63,648 nt of DNA, filler included, from Octopus bimaculoides (GCF_001194135.2; 7 parts of 6 records of this genome joined end to end with filler, not necessarily neighbours in it), one strand, 5' to 3'; shown: positions 14,601-29,525, counted from the whole stretch's first letter. Program-made: numbers and translations. Notes: generated by a model not told the origin, from the sequence alone.

Positions 14601-17600
14601 GGGCATGGTTACGTGCTCATGCGTGGGCGTGTACATCCCTGTTATCGTGTGTATGTGTGTTTGTAGTTGCATGTGCTCTAGCCATCCGTGACAATTGTTT
14701 TAATAGTGCGTTCTATTGCCTTTATTTCCTCTTCGTCAGTCACACTTCTAAATATTTTATGGGTTAACCAAGAACAGGAAATGACAAAGGGCCGAATCTC
14801 AAAAACGTTCACAGATGGTCAGAGCACAACCTACAAACCATACAAACACACGTACAAGCAGTGGCACGGGTCTACAAACACAACCATATACACACGCTCA
14901 CGCACTTACATGTACACACAGCTCCTTCGTGTAATCTCACACCGTTAAATGCCATCTAGGAGCTGTTATTAAGTTAGCTGCGAGCATTTGTAATTCTGGC
15001 AGACATTTTTCTAAGTATCTAAATGTCTAAAGGTGTATAAAGATGGCGTGGCAATTATATCTCCTATTCTTCGGGTCTCTAGTATGAGAAAAGGGGAATG
15101 TTCATATACAGTTTATTTGCGAAAACTCAATAAGCAATCCCGGACAAAATCACGAGTTGCCCTGTAAAATGCCATGGACCCTGTTAGCCACACTTTATAC
15201 GGTCACGGTTTAATAACGAAAATGCAACAATCATTTGAAATCAAGATTGTTGTAGGGAATGAAATGCAAGGCATAAAACATATTTTGTCTTTGGATTTCT
15301 TCCTACTTCGCAGAGCAAACTATGCTTTTATGACTCATTGTTTGAGAAATCTGTCAGTTTCTGTGTATAGCATCTGCGGTCATAGAGGTGATATAGCAAC
15401 CGAAAGGCATGACATAATGCCGTGGTGATTATATACTCACATAGGGTTTTATACTCAATGGCATACATATATATTTTACCCTCAGTGCGTTCCTGTTTAC
15501 ATTAAAAGCTAATAAATCTCTGCTAAAATTATAATAACACTTGTTAGACGATGCAGCAACGTCATAGTTATAAACCTGCACTTACTAGATATCACATGCT
15601 TAGATCGATCTAATCATTAACATGTTTCTACAGTTGAGTATTATCTAGTTTGTTTATGTGGCCATGTAAAATACCCACAAGGATGAAATTTCGATGCCCT
15701 CATATCTCTTATGTACCTTCATCCTTAAGATGGTATTAAAGATCTATTCTAACCTTATAGAGAGAATTTAGTAACAATAAAGAAGGCTGTCATGAGAATA
15801 TGATCGAACTAATGATGACGAAATTTGCAATACCAATTATTGAGGATAGTGAGGAAGAGGTGAAGGTGAATTTTTATATGGAAGAAAACGAATATGGTGG
15901 AAATAGTCATGTTGGTTGTGATCACATTGTGTTTTAAAATAGGAATGATGAACTTGAAGGAAGTTGATTTTTTTTGTTCGTGTATGACCCATATGAACGC
16001 GTAAATAACGGTTCCTTCTCCAAACCCAATACTATTGATCGGATAACAAAAAAACTTATTTAAAGCAACTGTGCCAACAAAAAAAAATGGCCTAAAATAC
16101 ATAAACTCGTTTGTCCTAGATAAACGCAGTATAATTAGAGTTTTTTTTTTAACTGAGAATAAAATACCCCTTATGTACCAGTGCCAAATTTTAAGTAATT
16201 TCCGATAATAGTATTTCCCCTTAAAACGGATCAATTTTCAACTGTTTCTATATTTTACACGTTATTCAAACCCTGTCCAATCAATACTTGTGCTTCCACT
16301 AATACATACGTGATTCATAATCCTCCGGCTCACGCCAGTATGGCTCATCATGATATTTAAACGCTTGCTGTTTAAAGCCAGTTGCACGTCACGTATCAAC
16401 CGCAACAACATATATCGTAATGGTCACTGAATTAAAAATCAGATCAAATCTACTCAACTTATGAAACCAAAACCAGCGCCAGTGCAGCAGTCCGTGCCAC
16501 TCTCGCGCAGAAGGATTGCTGAGGTACGGAAATGTACATGGGGTGCAGACGTTGTGCACTGTAGCCAACTCTGCAACCGGATTTAAGTTAAGAAGGAAAC
16601 TAAGTCTGCAAGACAACTGTGACTTCCCACGTATGTTACGTCTGTATACAGGTAAACAACGATTAATATTTCGGTGAACATCGCAAGCTAGGAGTAGTAT
16701 CGTTAGCAAATATTTGGATGAGATCGACTGCTGTTTATGAAAGGCGATGAATCGGAATGATTCTTTTTCTATATTTGCAACGAGTTTTGTGAGTGTGTTA
16801 GCGTTACGTAACTCAACGGTTCGGGAAAACGCGTTCGATAGAATAAATACCAGGCTGATAATATGAAGGAACTGCAGTCGATTCATTCAACTACAGACCT
16901 TTGAAGTAGGTTCTCCAGCAAGACCATAGTCTAATGACTGAAACATGCTCATCATTTTATCTGAAGATAAACAAAAATGACAAAATGCCATATTTTTTTT
17001 CATAACCAGAAACGGTGGTAAAGAATAATCTCAAAGTTACTCTTGTGATATAACAGGTAAAACTCTGGGAACATCATACGTCCTGTGACAGATTAAGCAG
17101 TTTTATGTATATTGTTATAATTATTTACTTGTTGATTTCAGGTGAATTTTGATGCCTATTTTAGAATATTCTGTTTTCTACTTGAGATTTTCATGTATTT
17201 TAGTGCGGCACATAAATTGGATTTTCCTTCGTTGATTAGATATCTAATACAGCATTCTGAAAATATTTAATGGGAAAAATGTATTTTATTTATTTCTATT
17301 TGTGTGTGGGTGTGTGTAATTTAATCAATACCTGAATTAAAAACCACATGTGTGCAAGACAGGCTACACTATATATTATTATAATGAGCCTTTGACGGAT
17401 ATGTGCAATACAAGACCTCATTTTTATCAATGTATTACAGTTCTTGGCTGAACTAATTGCATTGGTGTATGATAAATAATGTACATCACTTTCTGACAGA
17501 ACTAATTCCACAATTTGGCACCTTCCATTATATATTACGGTAACATTTTCTATCAGTTTTTAAATTTCAATCAGCTAATAATATATTCTCTTGTATTTAA

Positions 17601-18239
17601 TGTACTAGAAATTAAATGCTTCGAATAAGCACTTATTTCTGCAAGATCATTTATCTTTCAAATTGAAAAGTAGATTTTTATCTACCTGGCATTTTTTCGA
17701 ATAGAACTCTTGAAAGGTAATATATTATGAAGATTATTAATGATATTGCTTAAATGAAAGTGTAATTGCAGTTCTGGCTTCCTTGTTCCAAGTTTGTATC
17801 GAAGAAAATGCAATTTTTCTTCTAAGATATTTAATGTATTTACTCAAATGAACAGACGTTGATTAGTCAATTTTTTAAATTTGGTACCATTGCTAGAACT
17901 AGAATGATTGGACAAGCGCTACTCTACACGATTTTGCAGATCAGCATCAACTTTTATTACATTATATGTAAATACCTAAACAAAATCCATTGCTTTATTT
18001 GATTATGTTCCCATACACTCTGATCACATTTCCTAGCGAATTTGACTTCGCCATTTCGTCGCGTTAACATAAAAATAAAAGAAATAATGCACTGGTTCAA
18101 TGCAATCGCTGGTACAATTTCCGAAGATCACTACTAGTCAGGGTGTCTAGCAATATTAAAAATATAAACAAATGACGTAAATCTAACCAAAATAGACAGG
18201 GGTATCTATTTATGCGGTGAATAATAATAATTTTTTTCT

Positions 18240-18440
18240 ACACTACGAACAAGGCCCGAAATTTTTGGGAAAGGGCCTGGCCATTAGATCGACCTCAGTA
18301 CGCAACTGGTACTTAATTTATCGACCCAGAAAGGATGAAAGGCAAAGTCGACGTCGGCAGAATTAGAACTCAGAACGTAAAAAAAAACAGACGAAACATT
18401 AAGAATTTCTCCCGGGGTGCTACCGTTTCTGCTAGCTCAC
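18240..18440 (-). mobile_element. SINE family A copy
   Basis: Reverse-complement core GGATGAAAGGCAAAGTCGAC...GAACTCAGAACGTA. Confidence 0.85.
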
Positions 18441-20272
18441 TATTCAGAAAGATATGTTAATTTAGGTATTATAGAACGTTCAGTGATTATAAACAAGTTA
18501 AACAATACAATTTTCATGTTTTGTGTTGTGCCGCACTGTACTAATCGAACTTCCTGTGGCAGGCGCTTGCTGTCTTTAACTAGCTTTCATCAGCTTGTGT
18601 ACAATGCTACCAAAATTTAGATACCTGCAATATCATTGCTGTGCCTTCCTTTCAAGGACGGACACTTTTGTTTTTATATAATCTTGTCATAAGCGACCCT
18701 ACCTAGTTATTGTTATAGGTCAACATTAACATCGAAGACAGTAGTTCTTTAATATGTCTACGAAGTTAAGGATATGAACTCCCACCGCCCTCAATAAATC
18801 GGACAAAGAAGAATATGTAAAATTTCAAAATCACAGTTGTGTTCCAGCATGACAGCAGCCACATGACTCACATGAATAAAAGAAAAAAAGTTTATATGTA
18901 TTGGTGAAAGCTTGGCTGTGAGGTAGGAAGCTTGGTTGCAATCTAAGTGCTCTCAGCTTCAGTCCTACAGCGCGTTATCATGGACAAATAGTTTTCACTA
19001 TTACCCCAGAATAAGCAATGACTTGTGAGTGGATTTGATAGAAGGGATCTGAAAGAAAGCTTTTTCACATAACCTGAGGCCCGTTATTGGTGTCATCGAC
19101 GTAGCGTAGATGTTCGAGGAAGCGAAACACATAGAATAAACACCATGTTTACAAATAAATACTGGAAGGGATTAGTCCTACTAAATGGTAAAGGTGGTGC
19201 CAGCCAGAACGTGGCAGTAATCGGAAGACTGGAACAAATAACAGGTAATCTATTTTTTAAAACTTTTTAGTATATGAGAGTTTTCTTGTATGAGTATATA
19301 TATGTGTGCATTTGTGTGTGTATATATGTGTGTGCGTCCATGCGTGTGTGCGTGTGTAGGAGAAAACATGTTGCAAAAAGACGAAAATATTAATGCAAAT
19401 AATCACACAAACATGGTGCATATTTGATGTTCTCACAACAGTCACCAGTATGAGATCCTGTAGAATCGAAGTCGAATGTATCCTCTTGAAGAAAGTAAAT
19501 AGAAGATAATGAAGACTCATATATTCTCTACAAATAAAACATTGCAGAATTGTATTAGTCTACTTTAACTGGTATATCAAAGAAAAATGTTACCACTTAA
19601 CACCAAAATGGGAACTCCGCCGTTTACAACAATGACTCTTCTACTTGAACATAAGAAAACATAGTATATATCTGTTTGTGTATGTGTATATACTCGTGTA
19701 TTTATACATGTATATATGTTTGAATAAATATGATTGTGATTTTATTTTGGAAATGTTGAATTTAAATGGCACTTCAGTCCCCTTTAACGAGATATTAAGC
19801 TAAGAAGGAACGCTATGTTTGTGTCTTGAAAATCTATTATTGATTCATCATATTACGTTGGAACCATTTCCCATTCTCAAGTAGAAGAATAAATCTAATT
19901 ATTTTATAATTTTTATGGCTATTTCTTTATCTACTAATCAGTTTGTCGTATAATAAATATCATCTTATTTGATATATCATACATTTCATAACATTCATTA
20001 CAAACAGGACATTGTTTATCTAAACAATGTCGGAATCACGACTTCACTGATTTTTGAATTATTGTCGAATGACTTCAAGCAAATATGATTGATAAGGTGT
20101 TAATACTGACTTTTAATGAAGTGTACAAATGTAGTTCACAAATCTGGGAAATGATGTAAGCGAGTTTCAATGTTTTCTGGAAATCGAGATGCTAAAATAT
20201 TTGCACCTAGGTAGCCAGCCAAAATACTTAACTAGTTACTATTCTATGAACAAATATTTTGAATAGAACTGA

Positions 20273-20303
<31 letters not shown>

Positions 20304-20834
20304 CTTATATAAAAGAACACGTATCTAAAGCTAGATAAAGATTCGGAATTAATAATAATATAACCAGTCTGATGGTACATAACAAAAGAGATGCAAATAT
20401 CCGTCAGCACAGAGAAAGAATAATGAAATAGTCATATTGCAATTAATGATGTTTCTATTTAGAGATTTTTTAAAAAATCTATAATGCAAACGTGAACAAA
20501 GTGTATCGGATAGTGAGAAAGTCCTTTACTATTGGCACAGTATTTCATTCAGATGAAGAAAGAGAGATGAATTTTCAAACATTATTATGAAAGACAAAGA
20601 GAAATTAAATGGCTATGCAACAATATTCATTTCAAAACGAATGTGCAAAAGGCAATGAAATCTAAAGGTCACGAAAGAAGGAGAATCCACGCGCAAGCAC
20701 ACAGGCGCAGCATGGCTGTGTGGTAAGAAGCTTGCTTCTCAACCACATTGTTCCGCGTTCAGTCCCACTGCGTTGCACCTTGAGCAACTGTCTCCTACTA
20801 TAGCCTCGGGTCGGCCAAATCCTCGTGTTTAGTG

Positions 20835-21000
20835 TTTTTTTCTTGCTACTTCGTCATCGAATTTCCCATAGCTAGCTGGATCATTTGACTTCGGCCACTT
20901 TATTTTAGGTTTCTTCACGCCTATTGCTTTTCTTGGCTGTTCCGATTCAACTGTCAAATGACTCTTGATATGGATTCTTCTGGTTCTTGAACTCGCACTG
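20835..21000 (-). mobile_element. RLE-type non-LTR retrotransposon relic (Hero/NeSL-like pre-RT segment)
   Basis: Minus frame KKPKIKWPKSNDPASYGKFDDEV resembles the 'IKWPxANxxxWxxFDxDV' segment seen upstream of RT in such elements (recalled). Confidence 0.4.
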
Positions 21001-22786
21001 TTGAATCACTTTCTTATGACACACCACCCCTTAGTGAATTCTAAGCCCGATGTAGTTAATGACTGTGTCGGCCGGGATTCGAAACCGGATCGATTGCTTG
21101 GAAAGCAACCATGCTAACCGTTGCACCACCGATGCAGGTATTTTTTTACTTCCTTTCAGTTAACAACAATGTAATTCCTCTCTTTACCGCATTTGATTGG
21201 GTTTATCATTGTATCGATACACAATCTACAAACTTGTTCCCCTTGTTACTATTTCTGCACTACCCTTCTACTTATAAAAACAATTTATCTTTTTCCAGAA
21301 AGTCTTACAATTTGTCTACTATGAGGACAATATCAAATTCTATAACAATAGTAAGCAAAAAATAGCTCTATTGTTGCTGCTCTGGTCTCCCTTTTCAATA
21401 TTCTCGTCCTTTTTCTTTTCTTCGTCATACGAATGTATTATTATCAGAATCACTTACATCCTATTCTATAAAGTTGTACTTGCTTGTAAAATACTTCAAA
21501 ATGAAATATCTTAACACCTTCCAATCAGTTTCATAAGTGTCCGTCATTATTTTAAGCTTCTTATTTATCTTCTATAGTCTATATTCACTTGTCTAATTCT
21601 CGTTTTATTTCACTAACAAATATATTTCATCGTTACACTGAAGCTTTTAGACAAATATCTGACCGAACATTCTTACTGATTCTGTATTTGTTATATCTGT
21701 CTCATTGGTAAAAATCAATCTCGTTGTTTTAAAGAAGAGGTTCTCAAACATCTTGGGCAACCGCCCCGCTCATGGCCACATAATACCCTCAGCGCCCCCA
21801 TTCCTATTTTTATGTATAAATAATAATATTATATTTTACTAATGTATATATACTGTGAATCATTTGATATCTAATATAATATTAACCAATTTGTATACAA
21901 TACTATAATAATATTATGAATTCATAGCGACCACCATTCCACTACCTTCCACCAAACACCTACTTTTTATCTACCACACTCCCCGTCGCCCCCTTAGACA
22001 CCATCGCCCACCTGGTCCGTCTCAACGTCAAGCGGGGCGTGGTAGCGAACACAGTAAAGCAAACCGAATCACTACTTATACTAACAAATATGTAGCAAAA
22101 TAAGGGAAAGATAATGAAGGTGATAAATGATAGAAAATACGCACCATATTCATGCTGCCGCAAGATCTATTATCAGAGATACATAAAAGTTCATTCCTAC
22201 ACGTTATACTCTGAGAGGCTATGATCTGTCGGCAGTATCATATTAGAATTCACATATGAAGATTGAACTCAAAACACAGATTATTCAGAATGTCATGCAC
22301 AGTAGAGTAGTCTGCTGTGAACATACAGCAGTTATAGTGATATAAATATGAAATTGCCAATTACAGTATATCTAGCGTCCTAACAATATCCTTGTATATA
22401 TACAACGCATACCTCATTTATTACTAACGTTGTCTATATTAGATCTTTCCCCGGAAAATGGACATTCGTAGATAAATAATTACAAACTATTTAAAACAAT
22501 TATTTCTTAATTAAAATAGGCGTATTTCTATTAATACATCTGCAATTTCAAATTAAAATAACGAACTCAGTCACATGTTGTGAGGGCTCCCTTATATATA
22601 TATTGCAATATGCGTCATTACAAGAGGAAACCTTGTGAAATCTCGACAGAACTTCAAAATATTTCTTTAAGAATCGTTAGATTTGTCACTGTTATATTTT
22701 TATTTCCCCAGTCCACTTATTTGTGAAAATGAAAGTTTCAGCCATGTGCTGCGTCTTCTACTCGATGCGTGTGTGGTTTAATTATG

Positions 22787-22826
<40 letters not shown>

Positions 22827-23059
22827 TAGATAGATAGATAGATAGATACNNNNNNNNNNNNNNNNNNNNNNNNNNNNNNNNNNNNNNNNNNNNNNNNNNN
22901 NNNNNNNNNNNNNNNNNNNNNNNNNNNNNNNNNNNNNNNNNNNNNNNNNNNNNNNNNNNNNNNNNNNNNNNNNNNNNNNNNNNNNNNNNNNNNNNNNNNN
23001 NNNNNNNNNNNNNNNNNNNNNNNNNNNNNNNNNNNNNNNNNNNNNNNNNNNNNNNNNNN

Positions 23060-23330
23060 GTTACGGGGACATAAACACACCACCATCGGTTGTCAAGCGA
23101 TGTTGGGGGGACAAACACAGACATACAAACACACACACACACATACACATATATATACACATATACGACGGGCTTCTTTCAGTTTCCGTCTACCAAATCC
23201 ACTCACAAGGCATTGGTCGGCCCGAGGCTATAGTAGAAGGCACTTGCCCAAGATGCCACGCAGTGGGACTGAACCCGGGACCATGTGGTTGGTAAGCAAG
23301 CTACTTACCACACAGCCACTCCTACGCCTA
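23060..23330 (-). mobile_element. SINE family B copy
   Basis: Reverse complement of family B head and body (GGGACTGAACCC...CCACACAGCCACTCC). Confidence 0.87.
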
Positions 23331-23886
23331 TATATATATATTTATATATATATATATATGTAGATATATATATTTATATGCTTATATATATATGTATCCA
23401 TATATATATATACATATATATGCATATATATTTATATGCAAGCTAACATATACATAAATTAATATGCATTTATGTATGTATGTACGTGTGCATGTGCGTA
23501 TGTGTATGTGAGTATGTCTGTGTCTGCGTGCATACTTACAAAGAGATGTATACATAACAATCATATAAGCACTCACATAAACACATCCTCAGCTAAACCT
23601 ACTGTTCTGCGATTATATTAGTCCTGGATGTATACGTGTTAATACACACATCTTTGTCACTCTCACTCGCTCAGACACTTTCTCCCATTGTTTGTTTGTT
23701 TGTGTATATATATATATATACAGAGAGAGAGACATAGAGAGAAAGAGAGTGTTTGACAGATAGAGAGATAGGTACATATACAAACAATTACATATATATA
23801 TGTCCGTGTTGTGGAAATCTATCTAGCTATCTATATATCTCTCTATATATGTATATATATGTATATATATGTATATATGTATATAT

Positions 23887-23986
23887 NNNNNNNNNNNNNN
23901 NNNNNNNNNNNNNNNNNNNNNNNNNNNNNNTTAATTAATTAANNNNNNNNNNNNNNNNNNNNNNNNNNNNNNNNNNNNNNNNNNNN
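23887..23986. other. Artificial scaffold spacer (N44-TTAATTAATTAA-N44)
   Basis: Exactly 100 nt; the 12-mer puts stops in all six frames. Identical spacers at 33665-33764, 37474-37573, 52849-52948, 56322-56421, 62511-62610. Confidence 0.95.
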
Positions 23987-24139
23987 TATATATATATATA
24001 TATATATATATCTGTATCATACAGATGGCTATAACTTCTTTTTATTAACTCCCATAGGTCGTTCAAAGTGCACACGCTGCTATAATAATTCTACCTCGAT
24101 ACAAAGGAACTACACAATATAGTTTCCATCATAACATCG

Positions 24140-24550
24140 TCTCATGTATGCATCACAAGCAATACATTTGCGCTATCGTAAATCCAACTCTCGAATCCTC
24201 TTTCAAAAGATCAGGCGTGTAGCGTTGTATTCAATTCCCCACAGCCACTTTTCACAACGTTTCTGTCATCAAATCGTTGTCTCCGAAGACTGACCTTCAT
24301 TAGATCAATCAGGAGGAAGTTGGATGGCATCAGATTGTTAGTTATTGTCATGGTGATTCTGGATCATTTTCACATTCTTATTCACTCTCTTCTTCCTAGT
24401 GCATTTCTCCAAGCTTTTGAGTGTCTCAATGTACCGCTCACTGTTCACGGTGCAACCATGTTCCAGAAAATCGAAGAGAATTACATGTCTATCATCCTCA
24501 AAAAACAGTCACTATGACTTCCTGTGCCGATCACTGGTTCTGAACCTCAA
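24140..24550 (-). mobile_element. Mariner transposase remnant with internal deletion
   Basis: Minus strand TVF*xDDRHVILFDFLEHGCTVNSERYIETLKSL...HHDN joined to LMPSNFLLIDLMKVSLRRQRFDD...RKCIACD, matching the mariner catalytic domain and C-terminus minus the region before YSPDLAP. Confidence 0.72.
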
Positions 24551-25450
24551 AGTAAAACATTACCCTAGTTATCTTCTCGTGTCATAAGGTCCGGTTTCCC
24601 GGATAAATTTTGCACCTGGACGGGACGCCGGTCCGTCGCAGGATTACTCATTTTTGCCAGCCGAGTGGACTGGAGCAATGTGAAATGAAATGTCTTGCTC
24701 AAGAATACAACAGGTCGCTCGGTCCAGACAACAAAACCACAATCTTACGATCATGAACCAACACCCTAACCACTAATGCATGCGCTTTCACGAACCTCTT
24801 AGTTCTTGGAGAAGCTATGCGAAATCATTCCACGGACTGAGCCTTTGCTTCTGGATCATAAAGATACGGCTACATTTCAACCCCTATTACCAGATCGACA
24901 AAAATAAAATAAAATAGAAATAAAAACTTCTTCATTGCCTTGAAACNNNNNNNNNNNNNNNNNNNNNNNNNNNNNNNNNNNNNNNNNNNNNNNNNNNNNN
25001 NNNNNNNNNNNNNNNNNNNNNNNNNNNNNNNNNNNNNNNNNNNNNNNNNNNNNNNNNNNNNNNNNNNNNNNNNNNNNNNNNNNNNNNNNNNNNNNNNNNN
25101 NNNNNNNNNNNNNNNNNNNNNNNNNNNNNNNNNNNNNNNNNNNNNNNNNNNNNNNNNNNNNNNNNNNNNNNNNNNNNNNNNNNNNNNNNNNNNNNNNNNN
25201 NNNNNNNNNNNNNNNNNNNNNNNNNNNNNNNNNNNNNNNNNNNNNNNNNNNNNNNNNNNNNNNNNNNNNNNNNNNNNNNNNNNNNNNNNNNNNNNNNNNN
25301 NNNNNNNNNNNNNNNNNNNNNNNNNNNNNNNNNNNNNNNNNNNNNNNNNNNNNNNNNNNNNNNNNNNNNNNNNNNNNNNNNNNNNNNNNNNNNNNNNNTG
25401 TGTGTGTGTGTACGTCTGTGCGCGTATTAGTGTATGAGTGCGCGCGCGCA

Positions 25451-25499
<49 letters not shown>

Positions 25500-26099
25500 A
25501 ATATATTCAAACGGATTGAATGCTGTCTTAGTTAACTTTTGTTTCTGTATATTGTTTTACACAACATACATGCATATACACATTTCTCTCACAGACATCC
25601 ATGATTGCATGCGCTCTGGGAGTGGTGACGGCAATTCCATGTAGGTTGAGTCTGGTAGTTCGATTTGCTCTTCATTTTTAATTTGATGGATTCCAGGATG
25701 TTGGTGGAATTTGTCACTGTTGAATAGTCATGTTTACTAGCAATACATATTTAGCTATATAATGGTCAATGGAAACTCACGCCGCACAATTCAAACTTAG
25801 CATCATGGTAACTCAAAGGAATGCCCTCCATTCTTGTTTCAGGAATCAACATATGCAAGTTAAACTGTGGATCTTACCTAATTTTGCCAGCAAGCCTTCT
25901 TTTGCCGAAACTACGAAACTATATGTTGCAATGTAAAATAGAGTCTCCAACAATCAATAATAAATGTATGTATGTATGCATGTATGTACACATACACATA
26001 TAAATGTTTGTGTGTGTGTGTGTGTGTGACCCTTGTTGTGCCCAACCACATACCAGATCCTACAATAATTACTACGTTCAGTCCATCCTTTACTGAACA

Positions 26100-26260
26100 T
26101 CGGCACTCAAGAATTCTCATCCTGCTCATATCTTTCTCGCAGGTGTCAAGTTATGAATGTTTTAGAGGAACACTAATGACAACAATTTCATCTGCCAAGG
26201 ACGGCCTGCGGAGGCTATGATTACTGCCCGTTTCTCCAGATCAGCAAGTTTAAAATAGAT
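26100..26260 (-). mobile_element. Possible RT (YADD-region) relic
   Basis: Minus frame SLADEIVVISVPLKHS*...SVKDGLN loosely matches FADDIVLIS...GLxIN. Confidence 0.3.
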
Positions 26261-28165
26261 TATTTTTTAAGGTTTAGCCACTCAGTCCTTACTCTGTAAC
26301 TTTGGGTCACTGGCCGATTCTCGCCAATTCTAGATCGCGATTTGTAATCTTCAAAATGTTATAGTTGTTCGTGTGACCCTTTTTCCCATGTTTTCTGATT
26401 CATTTGAAATTATACTGTCGAGATACACCAACTGTGACGTTTTTTTTTTTGGTGTTTTTTAAAAATTTATTTCAGAACCAGTGAGTCTTCAGTCTGTCAG
26501 TCCTCGTGAACAGTTCGGCCATGTGCTGCCGGAAAACCACACACAACTGTGAGAATCAGACAACATATGCCTGTTACTGTTAACCAGAAACAGAACGTGG
26601 TTTTGTTGTACCACGCTGCGGTTCACTCAACCTGGCTCATTAAACGGTTTTTGTAACCTCATGTTTTGCTTTTCGTTTTGAAGAAATGGTTGAAGGCTAA
26701 TGAGCAAAGACGAAGGCCACGAGCACAGGCCCTACAAATCAAACAAATAAAAAGAATGTGCTTCATTCCTAATCTATCAGAAACTGTGAACCAGACGACC
26801 GAAATAACTCATCTAAGCATGTCGCTTCATCTACCTCACACAAGTAAAGCACTCTAAAGAACCGAACAATCCACACGTAGGAACTCTACCAACCTTGTAA
26901 AAACCTACTACCCATCACTTATCAACTAAGATGACTCCATACTTAGACCTCTCGCGGAAATAGCTTTCACATTTATTGCCTACTTTGCATCCACCTCCAC
27001 AACATTCATATTGATAACACTCCTTCAAAACATTCTTTTCCTGTTACGATAGTCACACAACATCCACATATATTGTCCTCCTATGTGTTTTATATTGTCT
27101 AGCTTTAATATTTCACTATGTTCTAAATGTGAAATAAAGGTAGTGATATGTGAGTGTAATTTTAGTTTAGATGTCCTCTTTATCATGCTAACATTTCATT
27201 TTCTTATTTTTCATAGATGCCGCTGTGTATCTATTTTGTTTTCCAACTCTAAGACACGGTTCTTCTTGTTATGAAGATTCTAACTATAACATTAATCTTT
27301 GTTGTGACTAAACTTATTACGCTCATAATTTTCCTTTATAATCTTGTTTGCTACTACCCTGAAAGATTTCAACTCCTAAGTTATCAGGCCATAGAAACGC
27401 GAGCAACTATTTTTTACCATAATAATGTTGATGACTCAAATAATTTTGAACATTCTGTTTGAAATCTAAAACACAATCTTTTTGGCAAATCATCACATAC
27501 GCATCTCTGTAAAATGTATCCAATTAATTGCCTTTGAACTACGAAGTAGGAGGAAGTGAAATCGATAATTTATAGTATTAGACATATTTGAATTTTGTTT
27601 TTATCCTTCTGAGGTCGATATAATTCAAACCCTTTATTTTATTAAAATAAGAAGAATCACTTTATAAAGAGTACGAGTTTATGCACTGCAAGCTACTTGT
27701 AAATCGATGAAAAAGGAATTTCCATATTGCTCCAGATTGATAAACAAATTTGTTAGGATCAAACCATAATTTAATGACAATATTACCAGATTTACATGTT
27801 TCAATATAAAAGGCTAACCGTTCAATATTTCAAATTCGGTGAATTGTAATTAATTTGAATCAATTTATTTTTTTCTTAATCCTTCATCTTTTCTCAGTAT
27901 CTTAAACCTTCCTCCATTCATTTTCTCTCTCGTCAGTATTCTTTCATTATTTATTTCACATTCTATCCTTTCAATCGTTCAGTTCAATTGATCATAACTT
28001 TTTGTTTTGTATTTATAAAATCAAATTGTAAAGTGACAGGCAAAAACTTCAGCTGATACTAGTCCTAGTCTTATTCTCTCTTGATTAACTATAAAAGGAG
28101 AATCTTGCCAATTGTCTTCAGTTTGTTATTTGTAAAGTTGCTTTCATTATTATTAAACCACAAAA

Positions 28166-28380
28166 GGCGGTGAGCGGGCGGAATTGTTATCACGCCGGAT
28201 AAAATGCTTAGCAGCATTTCGTCCATCTTAACGTTCCGAGTTCAAATTCCGTCGAGGTCGACTTTGCCTTTCATCCTTCGGGGTCGATAAAATAAATATC
28301 AGTTAATTGCTGGAGTTGATGTAATCGACCTGCCTCCTCTCCCTAATTTCAGGCCTTGTGCCTAAAGTAGAAAGGATTAT
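28166..28380 (+). mobile_element. SINE family A copy
   Basis: GGCGGTGAGC head, GAGTTCAAATTCC B-box, conserved core. Confidence 0.85.
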
Positions 28381-29129
28381 TCTTAAACCACTTAATTTGC
28401 TTCATTTAAATGTTTCTTCGGTCATTAGAAATGTCTTGACAAGCAACGCTTAGTGTCACTAATTTTTCACTCTACCCTTATTTATATATCCAAAATATTT
28501 TGAACTTTTCCCAACTCCACTTGAAGCCATTTTTGTAAAACTTAGACATTGTCGGCTGAATTATTGTTCTTGGTTTTATTGTTTTGATGCAGTTTCCATA
28601 TACACTGACAATTTTGTTGTTAAGATGCGAAATAATGAACAAAGAGGGTAGTTAGACAAACATCACACAAGGATCACTTTATCTATATAGAGAGGTAAAA
28701 AGTAAAGAACATACGCGTTTTATTGAAACATTTCGTCGTTCAACGAATATTAAATATATTTAAAAAATGGGGAAAGAAGAGCGGTATTAAAGGAAGGAGC
28801 TAATAAAATAACGAACAGTGGTAGACAGACAAGCGTGATCTGTTAATAAAAAGCCCCCTTTTCCACTCAACAATGTTCCATTGTTGTGTTTTGCAAAACT
28901 TTAATATTTATTGGGTTTATAAAATTTCGAGCGGAAACAGTTTACACATTAACGCCTCACATCATCTGAGAAGACCACAACTAACATTAATTTTGTTATC
29001 ATAGCAATAACGTAGAAGCTTGTTGCCACAAAACGTTAGCAGTGTTTCTTTCTTTGCAAGAAGCTGTCCTCACGATCCTATAAAATAACACAATATACAA
29101 TTAATATAACAGTTTTATGGAGAGCTCTG

Positions 29130-29525
29130 TGGATATCTTTTATCTTTTATTTGTTTCAGTCATGCTGGGACATCTCCAAGCTGGAGCACCGCCTTGAAGA
29201 ATTTTAGTCGACGAATCGACCCCAGTACTTATTCTATTTTTAAAGTCTGGTACTTATTTTTTCGGTCATTTTGGCTGAACCGCTATTGCGATTATGTAAA
29301 CACACCAGCACCGGTTGTCAAGGGTGGGTGTGCAAAAAGAAACAAAGATATAGATATATATGACGGGCTTCTTTCAGTTTTTGCCTACCAAATCCTCGCA
29401 CAAGGTTTTTGTTGGCTTAAAACTATTTTGTAGAAGACACTTGCCCAAGGTTCCACGCACTGGAGCTGAACCCGAAACCACGTGGTTGGCAAATAAACTT
29501 CATACCACACAGACATACCTGCGCC
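29130..29525 (-). mobile_element. SINE family B copy
   Basis: Reverse complement of tail, body and head. Confidence 0.8.

Noticed and set aside
15800-15960. Acidic frame (IIEDSEEEVKVNFYMEENEY) reminiscent of piggyBac N-termini
   Set aside because: Compositional resemblance only; no TIR, TTAA boundary or catalytic motifs found.
16389-16886. 165-aa minus ORF with a signal-peptide-like start (MNRLQFLHIISLVFILSNAFS)
   Set aside because: The N-terminal part is the reverse of a family B SINE tail (~16770-16950), and the remainder has no recognisable domain. The GC-richer 16460-16650 segment stays unexplained.
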